Shown: positions 17,881-27,990, numbered from the stretch's first letter. The stretch: 64,000 bases of DNA from a virus (IMGVR_UViG_3300020477_000013:96001-160000), one strand, 5' to 3'. Notes: a model not told the origin generated them from the letters alone. Made by a program: numbers and translations.

Positions 17881-19110
17881 ATGAGCATTCATGTTAAAAA
17901 AGATGCAATTCGCGGCCTTTTGAGGAAGGCATTATTTGAGCAGGTAGGCGGTGGATGGGCAGCTGGTGATGTAGATTCCGCTCAAGGATTTCATGCCACA
18001 GATGAAGAAGAGACGACAATCCCAAGTGAAGTACCTGTTGAGGCATCAGACCAGATGGCAATGCAGCTCACACAAGACAGGCCACCTATAGAAGATGAAG
18101 ACTTTACACCATCGAGCCCTACTGAGCTCGGCCTAGCTGCTGACGCATGGGGGCGCTTGGTTCCAGATGATCAAGTCGAATATTTTTACGAGAAAATTAA
18201 GCTTATATATGACGCTGCTCTTGATAGACATAATACACCACAAGAAGAAGAGGAAGATATTGAGGTTAGCGAGGAAGAAGAGGAAGTTGAGAAAACAAAT
18301 GAATCTTTTGTGCGCCGCCCAGGCCTAGGGCGTCAGGCTTCAAGGGTTGTTGAGCAGCTCGGTCTAGATGATTTCTTCTCAGCCGAAGAGTATGACGAGT
18401 ATCGTGGTATCGATGACGCCCCTGAGGATGATGAAGTTCCCCAGTTTTCGAGTTCTTCTGGGGAAAATTTGGATGACCTTGCCTCCAAATTCGGTTATAG
18501 CGGTGCCAGCGGGGTGAGACAAGATTTGGAGAGAATTTTTAAGCGCCTAGGTTTTACGGTAGAGAATATAACCGACGAGAAGCTTGATGCGGTCCGCACG
18601 TATGCACAGTCGGAATTTATAGATGAGCTACTATCACAAGAATTTATAGATGAGGAAGACGCTGCAGAGCTTAAGAAAAATCCGGGTGAGGTTTCTGGTT
18701 TAGACTCATTTAGGTTTTTCTTTGTGAGTGGTTTTATGTTACCTGCATACCAGAAGATATTACGTGATGCACGAAAGAGGGTAGAGGCAGAAGTAGATAA
18801 GATTGGGCTACCCAAAAAGACGCGACAGACGGTTATGAACCAGGCTCTTGGTGACACCCCCCGCAGGATGGATAAGTTAGCTGCAAAGCTTACTAGGGAT
18901 GCAGCATCTGAAGGAATGTCACCGGAAGAGGCAGATGCAATGCTACAAAAGACGATAGACCTTTTTCCCACACTTTCAAAAATAGGAAGTGCAGAGGGTG
19001 ACTTAGTTGCGACCGCAATGGATATCTGGTCTGCCGCAGGGAATGCAAAGAAGAAGCGGGTAATGTCAAAAGCCCTCCAGTCAACTGCTGAATTTCAAGA
19101 TCTAGAATAA
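17881..19110 (+). CDS. Acidic hypothetical protein (start moved to ATG 17881)
   Basis: N-term helix KDAIRGLLRKALFE; Glu/Asp rich. Confidence 0.7.
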   Translation: MSIHVKKDAIRGLLRKALFEQVGGGWAAGDVDSAQGFHATDEEETTIPSEVPVEASDQMAMQLTQDRPPIEDEDFTPSSPTELGLAADAWGRLVPDDQVEYFYEKIKLIYDAALDRHNTPQEEEEDIEVSEEEEEVEKTNESFVRRPGLGRQASRVVEQLGLDDFFSAEEYDEYRGIDDAPEDDEVPQFSSSSGENLDDLASKFGYSGASGVRQDLERIFKRLGFTVENITDEKLDAVRTYAQSEFIDELLSQEFIDEEDAAELKKNPGEVSGLDSFRFFFVSGFMLPAYQKILRDARKRVEAEVDKIGLPKKTRQTVMNQALGDTPRRMDKLAAKLTRDAASEGMSPEEADAMLQKTIDLFPTLSKIGSAEGDLVATAMDIWSAAGNAKKKRVMSKALQSTAEFQDLE

Positions 19111-19124
19111 GGGGGTAGCTTTTT

Positions 19125-19553
19125 ATGAGTGCTATTCTTTTAAAGGAAATGATGCAGGGGTACTTTGATGAAGTTGAATGCGGCGATTCGGGGTACCTAG
19201 ATTTTTCATATGATGTACCTACCATTAAGCTTCATGATCTTCCTGTGGCAAAGATGGAATCAACATGGGAGATTATTGACAGCCCACGCAGGCTAATGAA
19301 ATCTTTTCATATTAATGATCCAACACTACGTAAAGAATTTGTGAATGAGCTTCTTGACTATGAAGACTCTGTCGGTCATAACGCTAAGATTACCATAGAC
19401 TCAAGTAGCATCATTGTAGAAGTGTATACACATGATGTTAATGATGTGACTGAGATTGACAAAGAATATGCCCAAGCCGCAGATGATATACACACTGATA
19501 TTTTACATTATGACACAAAGGTAATAGATGATGAGCAATACTTTGGAGCCTAG
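19125..19553 (+). CDS. Pterin-4-alpha-carbinolamine dehydratase-like protein
   Basis: W...RRLMKSF...FVNELL...GHNAKITI...VEVYTHDVNDVTEIDKEYA fits the PCD pattern; HHP is degenerate. Confidence 0.55.
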   Translation: MSAILLKEMMQGYFDEVECGDSGYLDFSYDVPTIKLHDLPVAKMESTWEIIDSPRRLMKSFHINDPTLRKEFVNELLDYEDSVGHNAKITIDSSSIIVEVYTHDVNDVTEIDKEYAQAADDIHTDILHYDTKVIDDEQYFGA

Positions 19554-19947
19554 TAAGGAGTACAACCGTGTTTTGTCAAATCCTGACAACTTTATTGCTA
19601 GTGATAGCCTTCTAGAGGTTCTAGGCTCAGAGTGGCTTAATGAAGAGTCCCCCAGCGAATTAGTGAGCTGGAGATGTTCTCTAAGGTTTTCTAATTTTAG
19701 TTTGGGCGGAGAGCTTGTGTCAGTCAGTATTAAGAAAAAAACTAAGTCATTAGCAATTCGGTGTGAGGCAAAAGACATTATGAATTTGCTTAATGATACA
19801 TGTTTGAAGTCATTTTGTGTTGAGAGTATACCCGAGGGAACCGTCATCGTTGAAGAACATGGGCTTCCTGTGATGATTGATATTCAACTAGAAGGTTCAT
19901 ATCATGCGTTAGTTTTAGTGACGCTTAAACAATTACAGGATAATTAA
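19528..19947 (+). CDS. Hypothetical protein
   Basis: Collinear ORF in operon. Confidence 0.55.
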   Translation: MMSNTLEPSKEYNRVLSNPDNFIASDSLLEVLGSEWLNEESPSELVSWRCSLRFSNFSLGGELVSVSIKKKTKSLAIRCEAKDIMNLLNDTCLKSFCVESIPEGTVIVEEHGLPVMIDIQLEGSYHALVLVTLKQLQDN

Positions 19948-19965
19948 TTATAACAGGGGATTCAT

Positions 19966-20148
19966 ATGAAAAAAGCGTACCAGTTTGATAAATTCATGAA
20001 AGACATCGTTAAGAGAGAGCAAGACAAAAAGCCTGTTATCCATGAAAATGATGAATACGAGGAATCGCTACAGCGCCAGTATCGAAAGCGCTATGCCGAA
20101 AAGTGGCAAAATCGTATCAAGTATAACACTAGGGGAAACCGTGGCTAA
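19966..20148 (+). CDS. Small charged hypothetical protein
   Basis: SD GGGG before ATG; fills the gap between genes. Confidence 0.6.
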   Translation: MKKAYQFDKFMKDIVKREQDKKPVIHENDEYEESLQRQYRKRYAEKWQNRIKYNTRGNRG

Positions 20149-20797
20149 ATTTATCATTAAAGATGAGATAGAGCTTGAGAAGTATCTTTCTCGTATCGTG
20201 AGGGAAGCAGCAGCTGATGCCGTTGCTACATCCGGCCGTGATGAGCGAAAAAGGCAACGTATGATGGACGATCTTACTAGCGATTTCGAAAAGAAAAATT
20301 CTAAAGATGAAGTTGACGAAGCCGAGGGTGACGAAGAAGATGCGGCACCTGCTGACGAGAAAGAGAAAGATGTACCGTCCGCAGATGTAAAAAAACCTTC
20401 TGAGCAGAAGGTGGCAGACGCTGGACTCCGTGATATCATTAAGACTCTAAATGTGATGAGGTCAGGTAGGTCAACGAAAGATCCTGAAGTTAAGAAGGCA
20501 CTTAAGAGTTATGTTGATGGGTTAACATCCGGCGAGCAACAGTCTCTCTACGCATTCCTATCAGGTTTATCTGAAATGATGGTCGGTGGTGAGACTGGTA
20601 AGGAGGCGACTGATCCTCAGCAGGTGGGATTAAAGACGAAGCCTATAGGCTCTGCTGACGAGGTTGAGCGTCAAGATGTCAAGGTTAAGGTTAAAAAGAC
20701 TGAGAAGAGAGGTACTGAGTCAGCACCGATAGTTGTCGGCGAGAATGCTGATAAGTCTCATGAGTTACGCCGCTTGAACGAATTGAGGAGAGGATGA
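20141..20797 (+). CDS. Hypothetical protein (GTG start 20141)
   Basis: SD AGGGG before GTG; helix EKYLSRIVREA; C-term ELRRLNELRRG. Confidence 0.7.
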   Translation: MAKFIIKDEIELEKYLSRIVREAAADAVATSGRDERKRQRMMDDLTSDFEKKNSKDEVDEAEGDEEDAAPADEKEKDVPSADVKKPSEQKVADAGLRDIIKTLNVMRSGRSTKDPEVKKALKSYVDGLTSGEQQSLYAFLSGLSEMMVGGETGKEATDPQQVGLKTKPIGSADEVERQDVKVKVKKTEKRGTESAPIVVGENADKSHELRRLNELRRG

Positions 20798-20801
20798 AGC
20801 C

Positions 20802-21074
20802 ATGAAGACTTTGAAATTAAGGGCTGCGATTAGAAATATCATTGATGAGGCAAAACATGATCCTGGCCAGGAGACCCACCTCACTATTACTGGGAAAGTT
20901 GTACCATTCGGATGTAAGACGTGTGTTAATGATTTAGAGCACAGGATCGAAGATGCGAAAGTGAGGAGGGACACATGCCCTCATCGCTCCGACTCAAGGG
21001 AACACTACAATGGGCTGCTCCGTGTTTTACGTAGGGAATTGAGGAGCGCTAGAAAAACCTTCGAGGGATCTTAG
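20802..21074 (+). CDS. Hypothetical protein with N-terminal helix LRAAIRNIIDE and CxxC
   Basis: SD GAGGA; CKTC. Confidence 0.65.
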   Translation: MKTLKLRAAIRNIIDEAKHDPGQETHLTITGKVVPFGCKTCVNDLEHRIEDAKVRRDTCPHRSDSREHYNGLLRVLRRELRSARKTFEGS

Positions 21075-21102
21075 TGCATTTTTTTATGATAGATGGTATA
21101 AT
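21074..21102 (+). promoter_or_regulatory. Putative promoter GTGCAT-N17-TATAAT with extended -10 TG
   Basis: Perfect TATAAT at 21097-21102 preceded by TGG. Confidence 0.6.
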
Positions 21103-21132
21103 CAATACCTGATTATATAAGGAGCATTGCAC

Positions 21133-22431
21133 ATGGGAGCCCTAGCAGGTCATCTAAGTCATTTACAAGAGAACCTTGATTTCACCTTTGGCGAACTTAA
21201 GTCGATCCTTTCAAGCATTGTTTCTGGGGATACACCGGTTGTCGAAAAAGTTGATGGCCAAAATATATTCTTTTCTTTTAGCGTCGATCCTACGACAGGT
21301 GCTGTAAGAACTGCAAGAAACAAGGGCGACCTCGCAAAGGGGGGAATGACCCCGGACGAGTTTTCCTCAAAATGGGAAGGTCATCCTGCACAAGATGCAT
21401 TTATGAATGGCTTTAACGCAATCGAGGCCGGCCTGTCCGGCATAGGTGGTTCAACCCTTAAGACAATCTTTACTCCACAAAACGAGGGAGGTAAGAGATT
21501 CATTAATGCGGAGATTGTTTACACCGGGAACCCGAATGTCATCAACTATGGCGGTGATTATATTGTAATGCATAACCTGCAAGAGTTTGATGAAGCAGGA
21601 AAGTTAACTGACATTCAGCTGCAGGGTGGAGATTTTGCCTCTCTAGTGAGTGCTGTTGAATCTGCACAGCAGGATGCTGATGCCAAGGGATGGGCTGTGA
21701 TAGGTCCTCAAGTGGTAGAACTGCAGGACTTGAGTATGTCCGATATTTTAGAGAGTGTCAATGCCGGCATCGATTCCTTGGGCATTTCTGATAGTATGAC
21801 ATTAGGCGACTTCGTAGCAGAAAAACTCCGCATCGGAAAGGTAGGTAATTTGCCTATTTCTGTTAATAAGCAGGAAGACTTAATTCGTAGGATTATTGAA
21901 ATTGGCCAGGGGGTAGAGTCAAAAGACCTCCCTCCGTTAGCCGACATCAAGAAAGGCCTTCCTAAAGATGTACAGAAGCAGATTAGCTCTATGGCCACGC
22001 AGGCAAATGCCATGAAGGTGATTGGGGCTATTCTTGCACCTGTAGAGTTAGTTATCCACAATCTTGCTGTTGAGGTCCTCCGTGGGCTTTCCTCTGCCCT
22101 TTCTGGCGGTCATGATGAAGAGATTTCGCGACTGAAGTCTGAATTAGATACCGCAGTAGAAAAAATTAATTCCGCTAAAGATTCTAAGAGTGATGCTAGG
22201 CGTGAGATGCTAAAGAAGCAATTGGATAAATTAGGTTCTTCTAAAAATATTTCATCTAGTATGGAAGGAATTGTGTTTGAGCATCCACCGGGCAGTAAGT
22301 CGCTTTACAAGCTAACTGGTGCTTTCGCACCCCTAAATCAGATTATCGGTGCCTCTTATCGGATTCCAAAGGTTCAGAATGAATCTCTACTACGTAATTA
22401 TGTAAGGGAATTTATGGGTGGGTTGATGTGA
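21133..22431 (+). CDS. Covalent nucleotidyltransferase (RNA/DNA ligase-like fold)
   Basis: Motif I EKVDGQN, INAEIVY, motif IV EGIVF, motif V LYKLTG; C-term NESLLRNYVRE. Confidence 0.6.
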   Translation: MGALAGHLSHLQENLDFTFGELKSILSSIVSGDTPVVEKVDGQNIFFSFSVDPTTGAVRTARNKGDLAKGGMTPDEFSSKWEGHPAQDAFMNGFNAIEAGLSGIGGSTLKTIFTPQNEGGKRFINAEIVYTGNPNVINYGGDYIVMHNLQEFDEAGKLTDIQLQGGDFASLVSAVESAQQDADAKGWAVIGPQVVELQDLSMSDILESVNAGIDSLGISDSMTLGDFVAEKLRIGKVGNLPISVNKQEDLIRRIIEIGQGVESKDLPPLADIKKGLPKDVQKQISSMATQANAMKVIGAILAPVELVIHNLAVEVLRGLSSALSGGHDEEISRLKSELDTAVEKINSAKDSKSDARREMLKKQLDKLGSSKNISSSMEGIVFEHPPGSKSLYKLTGAFAPLNQIIGASYRIPKVQNESLLRNYVREFMGGLM

Positions 22432-24449
22432 GTGACCAATTAATACGAGAGTGGATTCGCCTTGTGCTGGCAGAAGGCCATGGCTTGCTGCAAGAGGCCG
22501 GCCTTACTGGATCTGAATTTAATAAGCCTGCTATTATTTACCCCACCACTGGTAAGATTGTCCGCCCTGAACGATTCAAGGTTTTCAAGTGGAAGATAAC
22601 GGGACAGCCGCTAGACAAGAAAGAGCTAGAATTTGCTGAAAGTATCGGATATGAATTCCCTCTAGAGAACGCATTTGTTATTAATAGTACCCAACTATTA
22701 GAGGCTGACCCTGATCTTGCTGATCCAAATAATCGAGAGAGCTCTTGGGTGACCAAGGTAGAAATAGTCGAAGATAAAAACAGCGAACTTCTAGCTGCAC
22801 TAGAAGCAGAAGATAGTAGCGCATACAACGCAGCCCTTAAAAATGGTGTTACAGTCAGGCCTATTGACACCCCCCCACCTGGTGTTACGTCATCGACCGG
22901 CCAGGTTCCTGGGCTAGATAAAGACGGTAATTTTGTGATTAATAGTGGTGCGTTGTTTCTAAAGACTAAAGAGTTTAGCCCTAGGGGCGGCTCTACTGGT
23001 AAAAGGATTAGCCTGGGTGTCTTAAGCGAACTTGGCCTTGAAGATGCAGTTAACCAACTAGCATCATCCGAGAAGCCTATGCCACTAGCAATAGTAAATG
23101 AAGGATCTTCAGGCCTTAAACGCTTTCCTTCCACCGGATGGCTTTGGGTTACCGGTGCAACTCAGGCAGGTTCTTCGAAAGTAGCTGGTCAGGTCTCTAA
23201 GTCGGATATCAATTTTGACCTTGCAACGGGGGGTACTCTAGGGATAAGTTTGAAACTACCGTCTGCAGAGAACTGGCTATCTGCTGACACATTAACAGAG
23301 AAGTTTCAAACGTACGTTAAAGACATGATCTGTAAAGAAGATTTGTCCAGGGATGGATCTGAACCTTGCAGATGTACAAATGGAATACAAACTGATAAGG
23401 GTGTTGCTAGGATTATAAATGTAGGTGGCATATATTATCCGGTTTTGGATAAGGGTGATCTAGGAGACTGGTGGAAAGCTCCTCTCCCGGCTGATCGTCG
23501 ACCTCCGGCTTCCGGTCCCAATTTTTCTCTACCCTGGCCGGAAGATGAGAGAGTTCAATTAATGGACCATGCCGTTTTTGGACCTTCAGGAAATAAAGTT
23601 GATGTAGTTGTTAGCGGGGAATACTACGCTAATCCTGCTGCTGATGAATGGGGTAAAGGGGAAGGAAAGTACCCGAATATTTACGTTTCTGAAGAAAGAA
23701 TGCCCATCTCAAAAATTTCCCCTGAAGCATTGAAGGCTTTAACGAGTGAGGGTGCTCAAGTCGCTGATGATCACATTGAACTTGACGCAATCATTATTAG
23801 TGGCGAGGCTTTTACTACTATTGACGAGCTAACAGCTAAGATGATGCCTGTGGCAATATTACGTAGAGAAGGCACCCGAGGCCTCAAGTGGGGAACTGAA
23901 CTTGATGGTACTATTCTCGCGACAAAGGGACTGAGGCTAAGTTTTGTGATGGCATCTCGTGTTTCCGGTGCAACAGCCGAATTATCAGGTGCTTCGGTTG
24001 ATCTTTCACCTTGTCCTGTGGCGACAGACCCCGTTCCCGGTGAGGATTCAGATAGGTATTTGCCAATGAAGCTTGGAGAGAGGTTGCTAAGAAAGCTTGT
24101 TCGTGAGTCTTTAATTCTAGAAGAGCTTACCAAATCGGACAAGAAAGAGATTGAAAAGATTGCTAGAAAGCAAATTGCCAAGGACATGTTGGCCAAGAAA
24201 GAAATAGAGAAGATAGCAAAGAAGCAAGTAGAAGACGGGATCAAGAAAGCATTAGGCGTTTCATTTTTAGGGACAAAGGGTGACATTAATAAGTTTGTGT
24301 CTGATGTTACGAAAGACCACGCAGATAAGTGGCTTACAGATAAGTCTACTAAAGATGAAATAGCAGATATCACTAAGGCAGTGATGAAAAAATTGTATAA
24401 GGATTTGTCGTTCACATATCCGAATTTAATAGATAGGATTAAGGTATAG
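22428..24449 (+). CDS. Large protein with a possible PD-(D/E)xK nuclease domain
   Basis: SKSDI...GISLK motif; helical tags LIREWIRLVLAE and LLRKLVRESLILE. Confidence 0.5.
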   Translation: MSDQLIREWIRLVLAEGHGLLQEAGLTGSEFNKPAIIYPTTGKIVRPERFKVFKWKITGQPLDKKELEFAESIGYEFPLENAFVINSTQLLEADPDLADPNNRESSWVTKVEIVEDKNSELLAALEAEDSSAYNAALKNGVTVRPIDTPPPGVTSSTGQVPGLDKDGNFVINSGALFLKTKEFSPRGGSTGKRISLGVLSELGLEDAVNQLASSEKPMPLAIVNEGSSGLKRFPSTGWLWVTGATQAGSSKVAGQVSKSDINFDLATGGTLGISLKLPSAENWLSADTLTEKFQTYVKDMICKEDLSRDGSEPCRCTNGIQTDKGVARIINVGGIYYPVLDKGDLGDWWKAPLPADRRPPASGPNFSLPWPEDERVQLMDHAVFGPSGNKVDVVVSGEYYANPAADEWGKGEGKYPNIYVSEERMPISKISPEALKALTSEGAQVADDHIELDAIIISGEAFTTIDELTAKMMPVAILRREGTRGLKWGTELDGTILATKGLRLSFVMASRVSGATAELSGASVDLSPCPVATDPVPGEDSDRYLPMKLGERLLRKLVRESLILEELTKSDKKEIEKIARKQIAKDMLAKKEIEKIAKKQVEDGIKKALGVSFLGTKGDINKFVSDVTKDHADKWLTDKSTKDEIADITKAVMKKLYKDLSFTYPNLIDRIKV

Positions 24450-24451
24450 CT

Positions 24452-24790
24452 ATGAAAATTACAAAGAAAGAACTAAGAAGAATTATCAAGGAAGAAAAAC
24501 AGGGGCTTTTAAGAGAGGCATGGATGGCTAACTCTGGAGGTTCATTTAGCCCGATGGCGTCACGTGCTGATTCTGAGTTTGCTGAGATGATTAGGGAAGC
24601 CGGCCCAGGCAGCGCTGTAGGTGACTACCCAAGAGACGAAAGGGACTGGGTCGAGATGTTAGGACAATTAATTGACCAAGATCTGACGTCTCGTGGTGTA
24701 TGGTATGAAGATGAAGGTGCAGCAGTGATGAGGGCACTTGAGAGCCTCAGGCTCCAGATTAGTGACAGTATGAGAGGCCCCACACGATGA
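24452..24790 (+). CDS. Leader-family protein MKITKKELRRIIKEE
   Basis: Canonical leader outside the main array, then GLLRE. Confidence 0.8.
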   Translation: MKITKKELRRIIKEEKQGLLREAWMANSGGSFSPMASRADSEFAEMIREAGPGSAVGDYPRDERDWVEMLGQLIDQDLTSRGVWYEDEGAAVMRALESLRLQISDSMRGPTR

Positions 24791-25413
24791 AGATAGGTCT
24801 TGTACCCATCTCAGCCAAGCCTTATCATGCCGGTCATCATGCACTAGTCTCTGCAGCCTCAGCTCAGAATGATAAAGTGCTTTTATTCGTCTCAACATCC
24901 GACCGGAAAAGAAAGGGTGAATTTCCTATCTTGGGAAGTGATATGGCGGATATATGGGTGAGATACCTAGAGCCTATTATGCCAGGAAATGTAGAGATCG
25001 TCTATGGGGGATCTCCAGTTCAGAAAGTCTACGGAACTTTAGAGAACGCATGCATGGGTGGCACTAAAAATGTGTATACTGTATATTCGGACCCTGAAGA
25101 TACAGCTGCCAATTACCCTCCTGCAAATAGAGAAAAATACTTTCCTGGCCTATGTGATATAGGAACAGTGAAATTCGCAGCCGAAGAGGACCCTGGGATG
25201 TTTACACGAGGTGTAGGAACGCCTAATGTAAGTGGAACAAAGATTAGGGCAGCTTTAGCTGCAGGTGATATCTCTACATTTTCAGCAGGTATGCCTGCCG
25301 GCGTTGACGCTGAAGCAATTTTTGCCGATCTCGGTGGACAGCCTAGACTAAGTGTTGGAAGTACTAACGAAGATTTATTGAGATCTTATGTTGGCGCGAT
25401 CATTCGTGGTTAG
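24787..25413 (+). CDS. HIGH-superfamily nucleotidyltransferase (cytidylyltransferase/NMNAT-like)
   Basis: KPYHAGH and SGTKIR motifs; C-term NEDLLRSYVGAII. Confidence 0.7.
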   Translation: MKIGLVPISAKPYHAGHHALVSAASAQNDKVLLFVSTSDRKRKGEFPILGSDMADIWVRYLEPIMPGNVEIVYGGSPVQKVYGTLENACMGGTKNVYTVYSDPEDTAANYPPANREKYFPGLCDIGTVKFAAEEDPGMFTRGVGTPNVSGTKIRAALAAGDISTFSAGMPAGVDAEAIFADLGGQPRLSVGSTNEDLLRSYVGAIIRG

Positions 25414-25417
25414 TATA

Positions 25418-25819
25418 CTAGGCGCTAGTGTTAATATTCCCGCCTATACTCCCGCCAGATTCTTCTAACATTTTATTCATTTCTTGTAATAACTTGATAG
25501 CTAGTACCATTTCAAGTAATTTTTCGAGATCCATTTCGCCACCCTCACCTTCTTTACAGCCTCCAATTGCTGAATTATGAAGTTGCATGTGGTCTTGGGT
25601 ACTCATTGAACTTATGGGAGAGCTATTTTGACCTTGGCCAATTGTCGTTGAACCATCCCCAGTTGATTCAGCTACTTTTGTGTTTCCACCTGCATTTCCG
25701 ATGCTTTCTGCTCCTCCAGCGCTTCCTGTTTCACCAGCACCCGCTGCCCCCCCGATACTTGCACCTGCCGCGGCTCCCCCGCCGGCACTTACGCCCCCTA
25801 CTGCTCCAACACTGCTCAT
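25418..25819 (-). CDS. Gly/Ser-rich acidic hypothetical protein
   Basis: SD AGGAG before ATG on the minus strand; fills an otherwise empty interval. Confidence 0.7.
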   Translation of the reverse strand: MSSVGAVGGVSAGGGAAAGASIGGAAGAGETGSAGGAESIGNAGGNTKVAESTGDGSTTIGQGQNSSPISSMSTQDHMQLHNSAIGGCKEGEGGEMDLEKLLEMVLAIKLLQEMNKMLEESGGSIGGNINTSA

Positions 25820-25986
25820 TCTTAAAATCTCCTTGCCTAAAAGGCCTATATTATAATAAGGTGCTAGGTAAGATTTACCAATAAAAATTATAAATGTGAG
25901 TTGAGTGCAGTATGTTGTGATTAATCTTTACTTTGTGAAGAAGCTCAATAATTATAGTAATTGCTAAATTCTAGTGTGGTAATAAG

Positions 25987-26235
25987 ATGGATGTCGTAAA
26001 GAGGATTGAGAAAGAGTTGGGCACTGCTACCGAACATGGCCTGGGCTTCGATGACTGGATTTCGATGAAGAAATATTTATTGCGTTCAATTCCGTCTCAT
26101 ATGAGAACTAATTTTTCCACTAGGGACCCAAAAACAAAAGCACAACACATGAATGAATTCGAGGTCGGTATCGTGAAAAGCTACGAGGCCTTAACAGGAA
26201 AATCATTGAGGTTACCCCATGTCACAATTAAATGA
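25987..26235 (+). CDS. Hypothetical protein
   Basis: ORF after AT-rich intergenic region. Confidence 0.6.
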   Translation: MDVVKRIEKELGTATEHGLGFDDWISMKKYLLRSIPSHMRTNFSTRDPKTKAQHMNEFEVGIVKSYEALTGKSLRLPHVTIK

Positions 26236-27502
26236 AGAAAAGGAATTTAGGGAATTCGTACGCAAGATACTTGTCGAGCGTAGTGCCCCATTAACCGAAG
26301 GTCCGCTCCGTGATGCTTTCATAAAACCGTTTGAAGACGTTATCAAGGTCGCAAAAGTTTCGTTAAAAGATATCTTGACAGTTGCAAAATTTAACTGGGA
26401 TATGCTGACTACATTTGACCCAATTAAGATAGCAAATATGCGTAGCAATTTTAAGGAAAGAAGAAAGAAGATTAAAGAGGAATATAAAGAGGTGATGGCC
26501 CCCATTAAAGAGGCTATGGGGCATGAAGACATCAAGTTAGCTGCATTCATGCTGAACCCAGCTGGCTATCTTGCGGGATCACTCGTGAAGTCAGGCGTCA
26601 CTAGTGCTCCTGATGTATTAAATTTCTTTAAAGAAGCCGGCTTCGGAGACCCGACAGAGGGTGAAAAAGATGATTCAGGTGGTAAAATTAAGGACCCGGT
26701 AGGTGTTATTGGTACGGCCTTTAAGGCGCTAAAGAAGCTTTTCTTTATAGAGGGTGCAAGTATTCTTCTACCTGACGGTGTACTTCTTACAGAGCAAGAC
26801 AAGAAGGCCGGTACAGGCCCCGAAGGCGCCGGCTTTGACCCGAAGAGTGCGACTGCAGCAGCGCTGCAAGATCTAGGGGTTTTGGATTGGGTTGAGTCAA
26901 GATCAAAGAGCATGGTGGAAGATGCTAAGTCGGCAAACGAGGAATTTCTTTCTCTTTTTTCTGACAACGTAGATATAATCAATCGCTTAATGACAGCTAA
27001 TTCGTATGAATCTCTCCAGGAAGTTATAGATGATGCGTTGGCTAAAGAATTAGACATCGGAGCTTCCATTGAGGATTGGGGCGACATGGTTAAAGAAGAG
27101 GTCGATAAGCTGCTACAAGATGAAAGTAATAGAGAAGCATTTATTCGGGCCGTTGCGAAGAAGAACGGAAAGGAGATACCGGAGAATGAGCCTATCCCTG
27201 AGGACTTTAAGAATACTCCGGAAGAACAGCTTCGTGAAGAGGCTACAAGCATGATGTTTGCGAACGGTACCGAGCAGCTACGAGAAAAGGCTGAGGAAAT
27301 GAGAGATGTGATGATAGAAAAAATAAAAGAGGAGTTTGAGTCTTATAAGAGCGAATTCTTCGAAGACTATGGTATAGATGACCAGACAGCGAAGGTTATG
27401 AAAGAAACGCCTATCGGTAAAGAATTTTTTAAGCACTTCGAAGAAACAGAGAAGAAGCTAGACACACCTCCCCCAACTGGTACTGCCCCTGTGTCCTCTT
27501 AG
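26219..27502 (+). CDS. Acidic hypothetical protein
   Basis: 427 aa; N-term LNEEKEFREFVRKILVE. Confidence 0.75.
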   Translation: MSQLNEEKEFREFVRKILVERSAPLTEGPLRDAFIKPFEDVIKVAKVSLKDILTVAKFNWDMLTTFDPIKIANMRSNFKERRKKIKEEYKEVMAPIKEAMGHEDIKLAAFMLNPAGYLAGSLVKSGVTSAPDVLNFFKEAGFGDPTEGEKDDSGGKIKDPVGVIGTAFKALKKLFFIEGASILLPDGVLLTEQDKKAGTGPEGAGFDPKSATAAALQDLGVLDWVESRSKSMVEDAKSANEEFLSLFSDNVDIINRLMTANSYESLQEVIDDALAKELDIGASIEDWGDMVKEEVDKLLQDESNREAFIRAVAKKNGKEIPENEPIPEDFKNTPEEQLREEATSMMFANGTEQLREKAEEMRDVMIEKIKEEFESYKSEFFEDYGIDDQTAKVMKETPIGKEFFKHFEETEKKLDTPPPTGTAPVSS

Positions 27503-27572
27503 TTCTATTTTTTTTACATCTTGGAATTGTCACTAAATAATATAGAATAAGATTTTTGGGAGATTAGAGGAT

Positions 27573-27953
27573 ATGCCTAAGCAGTGGATACCTGAAATAT
27601 TTTATGAAGACATGGAAGACGGTTTAACTTCGCACATTCCGTTTATCTCAGTCCCTTCCGGCGAAGAAATGCCGAAGCTGTTATACATTTTCGAGTCTAG
27701 GGAGACTGGTGATATGGAGCCTGGTCCTGATGGAGAAGATCTTCCAGTGACAGAGGTGACACTTCACCAGTTTGCAGATATGGAAAAGCTTAAGCTAGGC
27801 TTGACCAGTTATGAATATGACAGGGTGAGAATTACATTAGGTCTAGAACCCCTAGAGTCTGCAGTCGAAAAGGGTAGGAATATTACCTCAGCTGTAAGAG
27901 AAAAGCTGGGGATTGTCGAGGGTAAATTTCCTGAACCTGGTGAACAAGAATAG
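27573..27953 (+). CDS. Hypothetical protein
   Basis: SD AGAGG before ATG. Confidence 0.7.
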   Translation: MPKQWIPEIFYEDMEDGLTSHIPFISVPSGEEMPKLLYIFESRETGDMEPGPDGEDLPVTEVTLHQFADMEKLKLGLTSYEYDRVRITLGLEPLESAVEKGRNITSAVREKLGIVEGKFPEPGEQE

Positions 27954-27961
27954 TGACTTAA

Positions 27962-27990
27962 GTGTAAACCTGCTTGTTTTATGATATAAT
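27962..27990 (+). promoter_or_regulatory. Putative promoter GTGTAA-N17-TATAAT with extended -10 TG
   Basis: TGATATAAT at 27982-27990. Confidence 0.6.

Noticed and set aside
8447-24415. Long minus-strand ORFs (for example 8447-9127, 13398-13901, 22538-23134, 23771-24415) and similar ones elsewhere
   Set aside because: They lie wholly opposite well-supported + strand genes and have Ser/Phe/Leu-rich shadow composition
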